Position numbers and translations under genes: made by a program
Assembly (NCBI GenBank): GCA_023395755.1
Contig: JAEWYG010000041.1
Coordinates: forward strand, 1-33,703
Source of the DNA: Actinomycetes bacterium
GTDB lineage: Bacteria > Actinomycetota > Coriobacteriia > Coriobacteriales > Eggerthellaceae
Direction of reading: 5' to 3'
DNA: 33,703 nt
Notes under the pieces: model-generated
Told to the model about the DNA's origin: nothing
Database searches by the model: none
What the model saw: the letters and a program-made list of their open reading frames with translations, nothing else
Shown: in pieces, positions 1 through 8,499 of the stretch
Layout: each line of letters starts with the position of its first letter
How positions within the stretch are numbered: the first letter of the stretch is position 1

Positions 1-881
1 GTACCACAGTACGCGTCAACAACGCTTTCTTCGTCTTTAAAAGCGGCAAGCTCCATAGCCTTGCGATACAGTACCTCGGTTTGTACCGCGTTTACCTGGT
101 AAAACGACTGCGATGAGATACGGAAACTCAAACCGCACAACTTATCAAGAATAAAGCCGGGGCCATAGAGCACGTGTTCGCGTTCACCTAAGATAACGTT
201 CGTCTGACGCTCGTTCACATTCTGCACGATGGTAGTTATAGCGGGGCAGCGCTTAACCAGTTCACGACAGAACGCTCGGGAACCAGGGAACTCGCGACCA
301 TTTGTTACCAACGTAACCAATATTTCCTCGCTAGTATGCCCCACGCGCACCACCACATGGCGCAGAAAACCACTGCCTACGTCTTCGCGGTAGGGCTCGA
401 TGCCAAATTTTGGCATAAGATTCCGAATGGCCAAAACAATACGCTTCGCCTGGGCATTCTCGACCAAGCAGCCATCGGTAGGTACAATACGATGAGAATG
501 GGCAGCGTACATACCACACAGTATCTCATGGCGCGGCCTTCCCGCCACACGACGAGCGCGTGCCTCTCGAGCACGGTCGCCACGAGAACTTCCTCGCGTT
601 CCGTCTTGAGCGCCCGAGGCAACACCGGGCAACTTCTTACCGGGAGCATAAGGAGATACCACCTTGTTGCGGTAGTGATACGGGTCTTCCATCCCTATGA
701 TAGGTTGCAACTCCACATGGCGAAACGAAGCGAACAGATCGCTCATGCGCGCATTCTTGCGAGCAAGCTGTAGCTCGTAGTGCTCTTCAATATGCTGACA
801 GGCACCACACTCTTGAGAAACAGGACAGCGGGGGGTAACAGCAGTTTGTAATCCACCATTACCAGACAAGGAATTTTGCAT
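1..881 (-). CDS. rlmD: 23S rRNA (uracil-C5)-methyltransferase RlmD/TrmA family, 3'-truncated by window edge
   Basis: Manual translation (absent from ORF track because it runs off the window): ATG at 881 with GGAG upstream; MQNSL...PRCPVSQECGACQH (Fe-S motif), YRNKV, GFLRHVVVR, FRISSQSFYQVN, VVDAYCGT (SAM motif). Overlaps the gntR 3' end by 23 nt. Confidence 0.92.
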   Translation of the reverse strand, partial: MQNSLSGNGGLQTAVTPRCPVSQECGACQHIEEHYELQLARKNARMSDLFASFRHVELQPIIGMEDPYHYRNKVVSPYAPGKKLPGVASGAQDGTRGSSRGDRAREARARRVAGRPRHEILCGMYAAHSHRIVPTDGCLVENAQAKRIVLAIRNLMPKFGIEPYREDVGSGFLRHVVVRVGHTSEEILVTLVTNGREFPGSRAFCRELVKRCPAITTIVQNVNERQTNVILGEREHVLYGPGFILDKLCGLSFRISSQSFYQVNAVQTEVLYRKAMELAAFKDEESVVDAYCG

Positions 882-1509
882 TTTCGATACTCCAGTGCAC
901 GTCACGGATATAGCGTTGCAGTGCGGCCCCGTCTCGCTGCTCAAACAAACGCACGATTTCTGCATGCTCATCGTTGGCCTTGCGCAAGAGCGCGTCGAGA
1001 TCAGCGGCAGCCACATTGGCATACTCACGCTTCATGAAATAGCGGTTGAGTTGGTGAACAAACCCAATCAGGCGGGCATTGCCGCATTTTTTCACATAAC
1101 AATCGTGAAAATCATGCTGAAGGTCATCGTACTTCTTGTAAAGGCCTTTATCGATCGCCAGCTGCATGGAGCCATGAAGAAATTGCAACTGCGCAATATC
1201 GCCCCCCGTCATCCCGTCAACAGCGAGCAACGCCGCGCGCCCATCTAAGGGACCGATAATTTCCACAATCTCGCGAGCACTATCCTCGGTCACGCGCTTC
1301 ACATAGAAGCCTTTACGCGGCACGTTTTCCAGATAACCATCGGCAGCAAGCTGAATAAGCGCCTCGCGCACCGGGGTGCGACTCACGCCTAACGCATCAC
1401 ATATCTGCTGCTCGCTTATTTTATGGTCGTCGGCGAGCGATCCGCCGTCAATAAGATCGGCGATGTAGTCGTACACATGATCTTTAAGAGACCGGTACTC
1501 GTTCGTCAT
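859..1509 (-). CDS. GntR family (FadR subfamily, FCD domain) transcriptional regulator
   Basis: wHTH motif ISEQQICDALGVSRTPVREALIQLAADGYL; FCD-type C-terminus (FH...GN...EH). ATG 1509 follows an AGGTG SD-like site; GTG 1518 is an alternative start. Confidence 0.93.
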   Translation of the reverse strand: MTNEYRSLKDHVYDYIADLIDGGSLADDHKISEQQICDALGVSRTPVREALIQLAADGYLENVPRKGFYVKRVTEDSAREIVEIIGPLDGRAALLAVDGMTGGDIAQLQFLHGSMQLAIDKGLYKKYDDLQHDFHDCYVKKCGNARLIGFVHQLNRYFMKREYANVAAADLDALLRKANDEHAEIVRLFEQRDGAALQRYIRDVHWSIENAKFLVW

Positions 1510-1534
1510 AATACCCACCTATCGTGATGCTTTC

Positions 1535-1544
1535 TTGTATACCA
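1535..1544. promoter_or_regulatory. Putative GntR autoregulatory operator (TTGTATACCA)
   Basis: 9/10 match to the TTGTATACAA palindrome at 1769-1778; lies just upstream of gntR. Confidence 0.5.
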
Positions 1545-1764
1545 ATATACCATACGGGATGATTCTTTCTCTGAACACACTACGCGCAAGGAGCTGAATT
1601 CGGTGATTCACCATTAAACGACCCGCATTGTGCAGCGTTGCGCAACTCAGTGCACATGGGGTAAACACCGACGTCATCACTGCTGTCTGTCATCAGAAAG
1701 CGCCGAGAAACATAGGTAGAATACCCTGCGCACTTTCCTACTATGCTACTTTCCTTTTTCTCTC

Positions 1765-1796
1765 TTGATTGTATACAATATTCAGTATACAATATT
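1765..1796 (+). promoter_or_regulatory. Sigma70 promoter of DDAH overlapped by tandem GntR operators
   Basis: TTGATT(1765-1770)-N17-TACAAT(1788-1793); perfect palindrome ATTGTATACAAT 1768-1779; GTATACAATATT repeated at 1771-1782 and 1785-1796; fits the GntR-type GT...AC palindrome pattern. Confidence 0.75.
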
Positions 1797-1849
1797 TTAC
1801 GGTAAGATTCAGAGCCAACCTGGCTCACCTTTGTTGAAAGGATCGCGTT

Positions 1850-2626
1850 ATGACCAAGTTTTCCCATGTCATCGTCCGCCGTCCCGCCCATTCCCTGGTT
1901 GAGGGCATTACCTCTGCCCCCGAACTCGGCCAGCCCGACTACGAAAAAGCACTCTCTCAGCACGACGACTACATTGCAGCCCTCAAAGAATGCGGCGTCG
2001 ACGTAACCGTACTACCCGCGCTCGAACAGTTCCCCGATTCCTGCTTCGTTGAAGACCCTGCTGTTATCACCCGCAAAGGTGCCATCATTACAAACCCCGG
2101 TGCCGACAGCCGCAATGGCGAAAAAGACGAGATTGAGCCCGCTGTACGCCAATTCTTCGACGATGAGCATGTGGCGCACATCAAAAGCCCCGGTACACTT
2201 GACGGCGGCGACGTCATGATGGTGGGCGATCATTTCTACGTAGGCCGCTCCGCTCGCACAAACGAAGAGGGTATTCGCCAGTTCTTTGAGATTCTTGAAG
2301 GTTGGGGTCTTGAGGGCTCCGAAGTGCCCTTGGAATACGTATTACACTTAAAAACGGGCGTAAACTATCTGGAAGATGGCAACATGCTGGTTTCTGGTGA
2401 GTTTGTAACCAAGCCCGACTTCGCGCAGTACAACCGCATCGAAATTCCCGAAGATGAAGCTTATGCTGCAAACTGCATTTGGGTAAACGGCACCGTTATC
2501 GTACCAGAGGGCTACCCCACCGTGCTTGAGGCTGTCCAGGGTGCTGGCTATAAAACCCTCACCGTGGATACCTCTGAATATCGTAAGCTTGATGGTGGGC
2601 TGAGCTGTCTGAGCTTGCGCTTCTAG
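1850..2626 (+). CDS. ddah: N(G),N(G)-dimethylarginine dimethylaminohydrolase (DDAH, amidinotransferase/pentein superfamily)
   Basis: 258 aa; motifs FPDSCFVED, LDGGDV, LHLKT (catalytic His), C-terminal DGGLSCLSLRF (catalytic Cys), as in bacterial DDAH; too short for arginine deiminase. Confidence 0.9.
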   Translation: MTKFSHVIVRRPAHSLVEGITSAPELGQPDYEKALSQHDDYIAALKECGVDVTVLPALEQFPDSCFVEDPAVITRKGAIITNPGADSRNGEKDEIEPAVRQFFDDEHVAHIKSPGTLDGGDVMMVGDHFYVGRSARTNEEGIRQFFEILEGWGLEGSEVPLEYVLHLKTGVNYLEDGNMLVSGEFVTKPDFAQYNRIEIPEDEAYAANCIWVNGTVIVPEGYPTVLEAVQGAGYKTLTVDTSEYRKLDGGLSCLSLRF

Positions 2627-2655
2627 TCTGACAAGACTTCTCTCTTCGCCGCATA

Positions 2656-2695
2656 CGGCGCGCTGCGGCTTCGGCTCGGCGCGCCGCTTTATTTT
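2656..2695 (+). terminator. Intrinsic terminator-like hairpin between ddah and antiporter
   Basis: CGGCGCGCTG...CGGCGCGCCG stem with internal TTCG loop, followed by CTTTATTTT. Confidence 0.6.
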
Positions 2696-2758
2696 CGACG
2701 CATGCAAAAGATTGCTGCGCCGCGTTAGCCTTCCCTACAACCCCTGAAAGGAGGGGTT

Positions 2759-4222
2759 ATGTCGAACGCTACCTCGAAAACCCCCAACAAAGGATCGGTC
2801 ATCGACCCCCATGGCCTTGACTTATTCCGCCTAACCATGATGGTAATTACCGCCAGCATCTGTGGGGGCATTTTTGCACTTGCCGGCGATATGGCCGCTG
2901 GCGGCGCCAGCACCGGAGCGGTGCTGATCAGCTGGGTCATTTGTTTTGCGGGTGTGTTCTCGCTCATGATGTGCTTCAACGGTCTGTCGCAAGCCCGGCC
3001 CGACCTCACGGGAGGCATTTACGCCTACGCGGCGGCGGGTTTCGGCAAGTTTGTTGGATTTAATTCCGCTTGGGGTTACCGGATTTCGGCGTGTCTATCC
3101 AACGTGTCGTTCGCTATCCTGCTTTTTTCTGCCCTCGGATACTTCTTTCACCCCTTTGAAAGTGGCAACAACCTCTTATCCTGCATCTGCGCTTCGGCGT
3201 TTTTGTGGTTGCTCGTGTGGCTTGTGTCTCGTGGCGTAAAAGAGGCCGCAGGCATCAACGTTATCGTAACTCTCGCAAAACTCGTACCACTTGCATTGTT
3301 TGTGCTATCTATCGCGCTTTTGGGCAAGTTTGACCCTGCCATTTTCATGGAAAACTTCTGGGGTGAAGCAGGAGGCCCCGACCTAGGCACGCAAATCATT
3401 TCAACCATGATCGCTCTCGTGTGGGTATTCACCGGCATCGAAGGAGCCGTAGTTATTTCAGGACGCGCAAAGTATGCCCGCGATGTTGGCCGAGCCACCG
3501 TTATTGGCTTCGTTTCGGTGTTCGTGTTGTACTTAATTATTTCGCTTGAAAGTATGGGTGTCATGCCACGCGCACAGATGGCCGAACTGGCAACACCATC
3601 GATGGCCGGCATACTCGAACATGCCATCGGACCTCTTGGGGCTAGCATTGTGAATCTGGGCGTAGTTCTCTCGCTTCTGGGGGCCATGCTTGGTTACGTG
3701 ATCATTGCATCCGAGACACCCTTCGAGGCAGCGCGCCAAGGCGTGTTCCCCAAATCGTTCGCGCGAACCAACAAAAACGGTGCACCCATCGTTACCGTAC
3801 TCATTTCGGCTTCAATTACCCAGCTGTTCCTCATTGTGTCGGTCTTCTCAGAATCAACCTACCAGTTTTTCTATGCTTGCGCCGTATCCACCATTCTTAT
3901 TCCCTACGTGTGTTCGGCGGCGTACTACATGAAAATTGCTTGGAAGAAGAATGTTTCACTCGACCAAGTGCGTAAAACGCGATTGCTCGGCACTGTTGGC
4001 TTCGTATACACAGCATTTCTCGTATGGGCTGCAGGTGTCGTAGGCATCATGATTACCACCATTCTATTCGCCCCCGGCATTATTGTGTATGTCATTGGAC
4101 AACGAGAACGCGACGAAGCGATACTACCGAATCGGGTAGATAAGATTATCGCTGTTGTCATTGTGGTACTTATGGTGATATCAATTGGGCTTATGGCAAC
4201 GGGGACTATTCAAGTGCTGTAA
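2759..4222 (+). CDS. APC-family basic amino acid antiporter (ArcD-like arginine/ornithine antiporter)
   Basis: About 12-13 TM; motifs ICGGIF (TM1), RPDLTGGIYAYAAAGFG..GFNSAWGY, WVFTGIEGAVVISGRAK typical of ArcD; SD AGGAGG. Confidence 0.9.
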   Translation: MSNATSKTPNKGSVIDPHGLDLFRLTMMVITASICGGIFALAGDMAAGGASTGAVLISWVICFAGVFSLMMCFNGLSQARPDLTGGIYAYAAAGFGKFVGFNSAWGYRISACLSNVSFAILLFSALGYFFHPFESGNNLLSCICASAFLWLLVWLVSRGVKEAAGINVIVTLAKLVPLALFVLSIALLGKFDPAIFMENFWGEAGGPDLGTQIISTMIALVWVFTGIEGAVVISGRAKYARDVGRATVIGFVSVFVLYLIISLESMGVMPRAQMAELATPSMAGILEHAIGPLGASIVNLGVVLSLLGAMLGYVIIASETPFEAARQGVFPKSFARTNKNGAPIVTVLISASITQLFLIVSVFSESTYQFFYACAVSTILIPYVCSAAYYMKIAWKKNVSLDQVRKTRLLGTVGFVYTAFLVWAAGVVGIMITTILFAPGIIVYVIGQRERDEAILPNRVDKIIAVVIVVLMVISIGLMATGTIQVL

Positions 4223-4303
4223 CCTAAGACCGTTTTACGCGTGGTGCCGCTACAACGCGAGGTTACAATTCCATAACCGATAACCGCGCCCCTCCTCACC
4301 CGA

Positions 4304-4312
4304 TGCTATAGT
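4304..4312 (+). promoter_or_regulatory. Extended -10 promoter (TGcTATAGT) for holin-family gene
   Basis: TGn-TATAGT about 24 nt upstream of ATG 4336. Confidence 0.45.
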
Positions 4313-4335
4313 GCCTCGGATTGAAAGGAGCGCGT

Positions 4336-4704
4336 ATGAATTTTATCCTCCGCTGGCTAGTCACCGCCATTGCCACAGGAGTAGCGGTATGGCTGGTACC
4401 CGGCATTGATCTCGTTGGTGGCAATGAGGCATGGGTTGCCATCGCTCTCTTCGGGCTTATTTTATCGTTGGTTAATATTAGTATTAAGCCGCTTATGCAG
4501 CTACTCAGTCTACCCATCAGCTTCATCACGCTGGGCGTCTTCTACCTGGTAGTAAATACGCTCATGCTCTACATCGCGGCATGGCTGGCCAATGGTATTT
4601 TCCAAGTAGGCATTGATATCGTTACCTTCGGCAGCGCATTTGTGGCATCCATCGTAATCAGCGTCGTGTCAGCCATTATGAACTCTATCGTAGGCAAGGA
4701 TTAA
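4336..4704 (+). CDS. 4-TM YvlD/phage-holin-4-like membrane protein
   Basis: 122 aa; signature LVNISIKPLMQLLSLPISFITLGVFYLVVN; SD AAAGGAG before ATG 4336. Confidence 0.88.
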   Translation: MNFILRWLVTAIATGVAVWLVPGIDLVGGNEAWVAIALFGLILSLVNISIKPLMQLLSLPISFITLGVFYLVVNTLMLYIAAWLANGIFQVGIDIVTFGSAFVASIVISVVSAIMNSIVGKD

Positions 4705-4733
4705 AACTCGGAATTCTCTGCCGAAACGCCCGC

Positions 4734-4797
4734 TACGTAAGCAGCCTCTCGTCTTTTCGACTCAAGCAATCGACGATGGCGAGAGGCCTCTTACGTA
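4734..4797. repeat. Long imperfect inverted repeat (hairpin), possible terminator of holin-like gene
   Basis: TACGTAAG..GCCTCTCG ... CGAGAGGC..CTTACGTA. Confidence 0.6.
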
Positions 4798-4862
4798 ATA
4801 ACAGAAAGCCTCCACGGCACATCGAAGCACAAGTCCTACAATAGCAATAACCAACACGTCTC

Positions 4863-4909
4863 GACACGAGGCGGGTGTGCGCCACATAGGCGCGCACCCG
4901 CCTCGTGTC
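4863..4909. repeat. 21-bp near-perfect inverted repeat upstream of lrgA
   Basis: GACACGAGGCGGGTGTGCGCC-ACATA-GGCGCGCACCCGCCTCGTGTC, single G-U wobble. Confidence 0.85.
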
Positions 4910-4936
4910 CGTACTAACAAGCGAGGATTAAGCACT

Positions 4937-5455
4937 ATGCAGCAGTCTGCAAACGTCGACCACGACTCCGAACAATGCGTGTCAAAAAATGTAAGCAGTA
5001 AAAAACCGCGTCGAGAGAAAATTCAAACCATTGGAAAACGCTTCGTACGCCTGCTTGCACAGCTTGCGCTGATCATAGTGGTATACGCCACAGGATGCGC
5101 ACTTGCCTCAATCCTTCCTATCGCCCTTCCTGGCAACATTTTGGGCATGGTGCTGCTGCTTGCATTGTTAGGGACGGGATTACTTAAGACACACCATGTA
5201 GACGACGCTTGCGACTGCCTCATCGACAATATGTCGCTGTTTTTCATTCCTGCCAGCGTAGCCATTATGGGTAGCATGGCATTGCTTGAAGGTAATGTAT
5301 TGAAGTTCGCGCTGGTTTGCATTGTCACGACGGTGCTTGTATTTTTGGCAACATCGTACACCGTCGTACTCGTGTCGCGCCTTATGGCACGAAAGAGCAG
5401 CACTCTGAATACAACGGAAAACGACAAGTGCACTCTTGCAAACAAGGAGGCGTAA
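4937..5455 (+). CDS. lrgA: CidA/LrgA family membrane protein
   Basis: LPGNILGMVLLLALL and NMSLFFIPASVAIM motifs; ATG 4937 after GAGGA; paired with lrgB. Confidence 0.88.
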   Translation: MQQSANVDHDSEQCVSKNVSSKKPRREKIQTIGKRFVRLLAQLALIIVVYATGCALASILPIALPGNILGMVLLLALLGTGLLKTHHVDDACDCLIDNMSLFFIPASVAIMGSMALLEGNVLKFALVCIVTTVLVFLATSYTVVLVSRLMARKSSTLNTTENDKCTLANKEA

Positions 5456-5460
5456 GCATC

Positions 5461-6165
5461 ATGCCCGAATTCTCGCCTTCGTTCATACTCATAGCGCTTG
5501 CTGGTACACTCGCCTCATTCGCTGCGTTTAAGCTTTCCGTGCTTCTCTATCAGAAAGTGAAGTCGCCCCTGCTTAACCCACTCCTCGTCGCCGTAGCATG
5601 CATTATCTCTGTCTTATGTATCTTGCGCATTCCGCTTGAATCGTATGAGCAGAGCGTGCAGGTTATCTCTTTCCTGCTTGGGCCAGCCACGGTAGCGCTC
5701 GCCTACTCGGTATACCGCCAGCGTCAAATGCTGAAAGAGCATTTCATACCTATTTTTTCGGGATGCCTCGTAGGATCACTCGTGTCTATGATCAGCGCCT
5801 ATGCTCTCTGCAAGCTACTTGGCCTCGACGACGTATTGGCGCTATCGTTTGTTCCCAAATCAGTGACCACCCCTATTGCTATCGCGGTTTCAGAGCAACT
5901 GGGAGGCATCACCTCCATCACGGTGGCAGCCGTTATCGTCACGGGCATCATGGGTGCTATCTGTGCCCCGTTGATGAGTAAGCTATTCAGGGTTCGCAAT
6001 CGAATAGCGCGCGGTGTAGCCATTGGCACCTGTAGTCATGCCGTAGGCACCACAAAGGCCATCGAGATGGGTGAACTCGAAGGAGCTATGAGTGGTGTAT
6101 CCATCGCTGTGTCGGGATTACTCACCACCGCTATAGTGGTGGCAGCGACCTGCATCTGGCAATAA
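5461..6165 (+). CDS. lrgB: CidB/LrgB family membrane protein
   Basis: LLGPATVALA, PKSVTTPIAI, ARGVAIGTCSHAVGT motifs; SD AAGGAGG. Confidence 0.93.
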   Translation: MPEFSPSFILIALAGTLASFAAFKLSVLLYQKVKSPLLNPLLVAVACIISVLCILRIPLESYEQSVQVISFLLGPATVALAYSVYRQRQMLKEHFIPIFSGCLVGSLVSMISAYALCKLLGLDDVLALSFVPKSVTTPIAIAVSEQLGGITSITVAAVIVTGIMGAICAPLMSKLFRVRNRIARGVAIGTCSHAVGTTKAIEMGELEGAMSGVSIAVSGLLTTAIVVAATCIWQ

Positions 6166-6167
6166 AA

Positions 6168-6204
6168 CGGCCACGTTGCCAGCATCATGCTTGCAACGTG
6201 GCCG
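6168..6204. terminator. Hairpin between convergent lrgB and ADH genes
   Basis: CGGCCACGTTGCCAGCAT-C-ATGCTTGCAACGTGGCCG inverted repeat; AAAA on the left gives a U-tract on the minus strand. Confidence 0.65.
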
Positions 6205-6268
6205 CAATAGACTCTACACTCCCCAAGATATCAGGCCACTCTAATGACAGACAAAATCTGCCTGAATA

Positions 6269-7441
6269 CTAGAGTGCAATCCGATAAATCGCACGGGCAT
6301 CGTCCATCGTCAGCTTCATAAAGCTACCAAACAACTCGCCCTTATTTTCTCTCAATGTGGGAATCATGGGTTCAATATCGCTTTCATGTACGTCCAGCTC
6401 CTCCAACGTTACCGGCATACCAAGAGAGGCAAAGAAAGCACGGGTTTCATCAATAGCCGACAACGCGTCGGCATCCGGATCGCCTGTGGGCATCAAACCG
6501 AACACCTCGCGGCCGTAGTGGGCGAAACGTGCCGGATTTTGAGCATACACGTATTCCATCCATGCCGGAAACATAACAGCAAGTCCAGCACCATGGGTAA
6601 TCTGAGGGTACCGCGCCGAAAGCTCATGTTCTAAACCATGGGTTGCCCAGTCTTCATGTCGACCAACACCAGCAAGGCCCTGGTGACACAACATACCAGC
6701 CCACATGACATTCGCGCGAGCGTCGTAATTCTCGGGCTCCACCATAACGCGCGGAGCTTCGGCGCGCACGGTCTTCATAAGCGACAGGCACAGGTTATCT
6801 GTAACAGGCACCGCTCCTACGTCATCAAAGAAGCGCTCAAGCAGGTGACAAAACATATCGGTAAGGCCCGCAGCAGTCTGGTACTCCGGCAACGTGAACG
6901 TAAGCTCTGGGTTCATGAACGCTATCTTAGGACGCTGCGCGTTGTTCGGATACCCCGACTTAAGCCCCAGCTCATCATTCGATACAACGGTGTTTTTCGA
7001 TGCTTCGCTACCTGCAGCCGGAATGGTTAACACAACAGCGATAGGCAATACGTCGTCGGTAAGTTGCTTGGTCTCGAAAAAGTCCCACACATCGCCCTCG
7101 TAGTGGGCACCCACCGCGATAGCCTTGGCAGAGTCGATAACCGAACCGCCGCCCACCGCCAACACCCAATCGATGTCGTTCTCTTTACACAGCGCAATGC
7201 CTTCGCGAACCAGGCCAATCTCGGGGTTCGGACGAACACCACCCAGCTCTATCTGTTCGATGCCCGCTGCGTCGAGCGATACTCTCACGCGATCGATCAG
7301 GCCACTCTTTACCGCACTCTGACCACCGAAGTGTACGAGCACCTTGGTTGCGCCGCGCTCTGCCAGCTTCGCACCCACCTGATCTTCCGCCCCGCGTCCG
7401 AACACGAAATGAGTCGGCGACACGAATTCGAAGTTCTCCAT
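6269..7441 (-). CDS. Iron-containing alcohol dehydrogenase (butanol dehydrogenase/YqhD-like)
   Basis: MENFEFVSPTHFVFG start after AAAGGA; LAVGGGSVIDSAK, LTIPAAGSE, DMFCH, H-x3-HELS, HGAGLA metal-ligand motifs. Confidence 0.93.
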   Translation of the reverse strand: MENFEFVSPTHFVFGRGAEDQVGAKLAERGATKVLVHFGGQSAVKSGLIDRVRVSLDAAGIEQIELGGVRPNPEIGLVREGIALCKENDIDWVLAVGGGSVIDSAKAIAVGAHYEGDVWDFFETKQLTDDVLPIAVVLTIPAAGSEASKNTVVSNDELGLKSGYPNNAQRPKIAFMNPELTFTLPEYQTAAGLTDMFCHLLERFFDDVGAVPVTDNLCLSLMKTVRAEAPRVMVEPENYDARANVMWAGMLCHQGLAGVGRHEDWATHGLEHELSARYPQITHGAGLAVMFPAWMEYVYAQNPARFAHYGREVFGLMPTGDPDADALSAIDETRAFFASLGMPVTLEELDVHESDIEPMIPTLRENKGELFGSFMKLTMDDARAIYRIAL

Positions 7442-7519
7442 GTGATCGATTCCTTTCAACCTTTGATCCGCTGAGTGCTCACAGTATAGACGCTTTCGCA
7501 AGAACAGACGCCACCTTCC

Positions 7520-8314
7520 CTACCCCAGCGCCACGTCTAACACCATCATAACCAGGAAGCCAACCATAACCCCCAAGGTGCCCACGTTCGAGTGCTCGCC
7601 CAAGTGAGCCTCGGGAATAAGCTCTTCCACCACCACATACATCATAGCTCCAGCCGAAAATGCTAGCATCCAGGGCATATAGGGCGAAATGGCAGAAGCG
7701 AACAGCACGACCAAAATACCAAATACCGGTTCGGCCAACCCCGACAGGGTACCCATGGCAAATGCTTTCGGAGCACTCATCCCCTCCTGCATCAGAGGCA
7801 ATGCCACCGCAGCGCCTTCGGGAATGTTTTGAATGCCAATGCCTATAGCCAAGGCAACCGCCATGCCAAACAAGGCAGGGTCACCATTGTTCTGTGAAGC
7901 CATAGCGAACAGAAGACCAACGCTCATACCTTCAGGGATATTATGCAGTGTTACCGCAGTAAACAACAGCGTCGAACGGTTCCATTTGCTCGGCAATCCT
8001 TCAGCCTTAGCCTCGCCCGGATGCAGATGGGGCAAGAGTTGGTGTAATACCAGAAGGAACACCACCCCGATAACAAAGCCACCGGCAGCAGGTATCCACC
8101 CAACTTGACCTGCTTCTTCAGCACGCTCGATAGCCGGAATAAGAAGCGACCATACGGCTGCCGCAATCATAACCCCCGCAGCAAACCCCAAGAATGCCCG
8201 CTGAAGCGCCATGCTGTTGCGCTTGCGTAGCAGAAACACCGATGCCGCCCCCAGTGTGGTCATCAAGAAGGTAAAACCGGTTCCAGCAGCGGCCCAAATA
8301 AGCGCTGTTTGCAT
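7520..8314 (-). CDS. ZIP family (ZupT/GufA) divalent metal transporter
   Basis: LGFAAGVM, HNIPEGM, QNIPEG, EELIPEAH motifs. Confidence 0.95.
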   Translation of the reverse strand: MQTALIWAAAGTGFTFLMTTLGAASVFLLRKRNSMALQRAFLGFAAGVMIAAAVWSLLIPAIERAEEAGQVGWIPAAGGFVIGVVFLLVLHQLLPHLHPGEAKAEGLPSKWNRSTLLFTAVTLHNIPEGMSVGLLFAMASQNNGDPALFGMAVALAIGIGIQNIPEGAAVALPLMQEGMSAPKAFAMGTLSGLAEPVFGILVVLFASAISPYMPWMLAFSAGAMMYVVVEELIPEAHLGEHSNVGTLGVMVGFLVMMVLDVALG

Positions 8315-8461
8315 GCGTATCCTTCCTTATCTATCTCTGTCGCCTCTTCCATCGGGCGACAAACTTGCGGTTTACCAGAAGCGCCCAGTGTAAACCTTTT
8401 CCTACGAGGTGCCGATACCTTCCTTCGGTATTCTATCTACTACGGCACCACCATGAGGAAA

Positions 8462-8494
8462 CGACGAGGCCGGGGAGCAAACCCCGGCCTCGTC
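8462..8494 (-). terminator. GC-rich terminator hairpin downstream of candidate ncRNA and upstream of ZIP gene
   Basis: CGACGAGGCCGGGG-AGCAAA-CCCCGGCCTCGTCG 14-bp perfect stem; short U-run (TTTCCTC) on the minus strand. Confidence 0.7.
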
Positions 8495-8499
8495 GAAAG

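Noticed and set aside
336..773. Plus-strand 145-aa ORF and other short ORFs in 1-880
   Set aside because: Shadows of the minus-strand rlmD frame.
1621..1662. Imperfect hairpin in the gntR-ddah spacer
   Set aside because: Several mismatches, no recognisable RNA motif, upstream of the ddah promoter; insufficient support.
4336..6165. Three holin-like genes suggesting a prophage lysis cassette
   Set aside because: YvlD-type and LrgAB proteins are common chromosomal membrane proteins; no endolysin, integrase or phage structural gene in the window.
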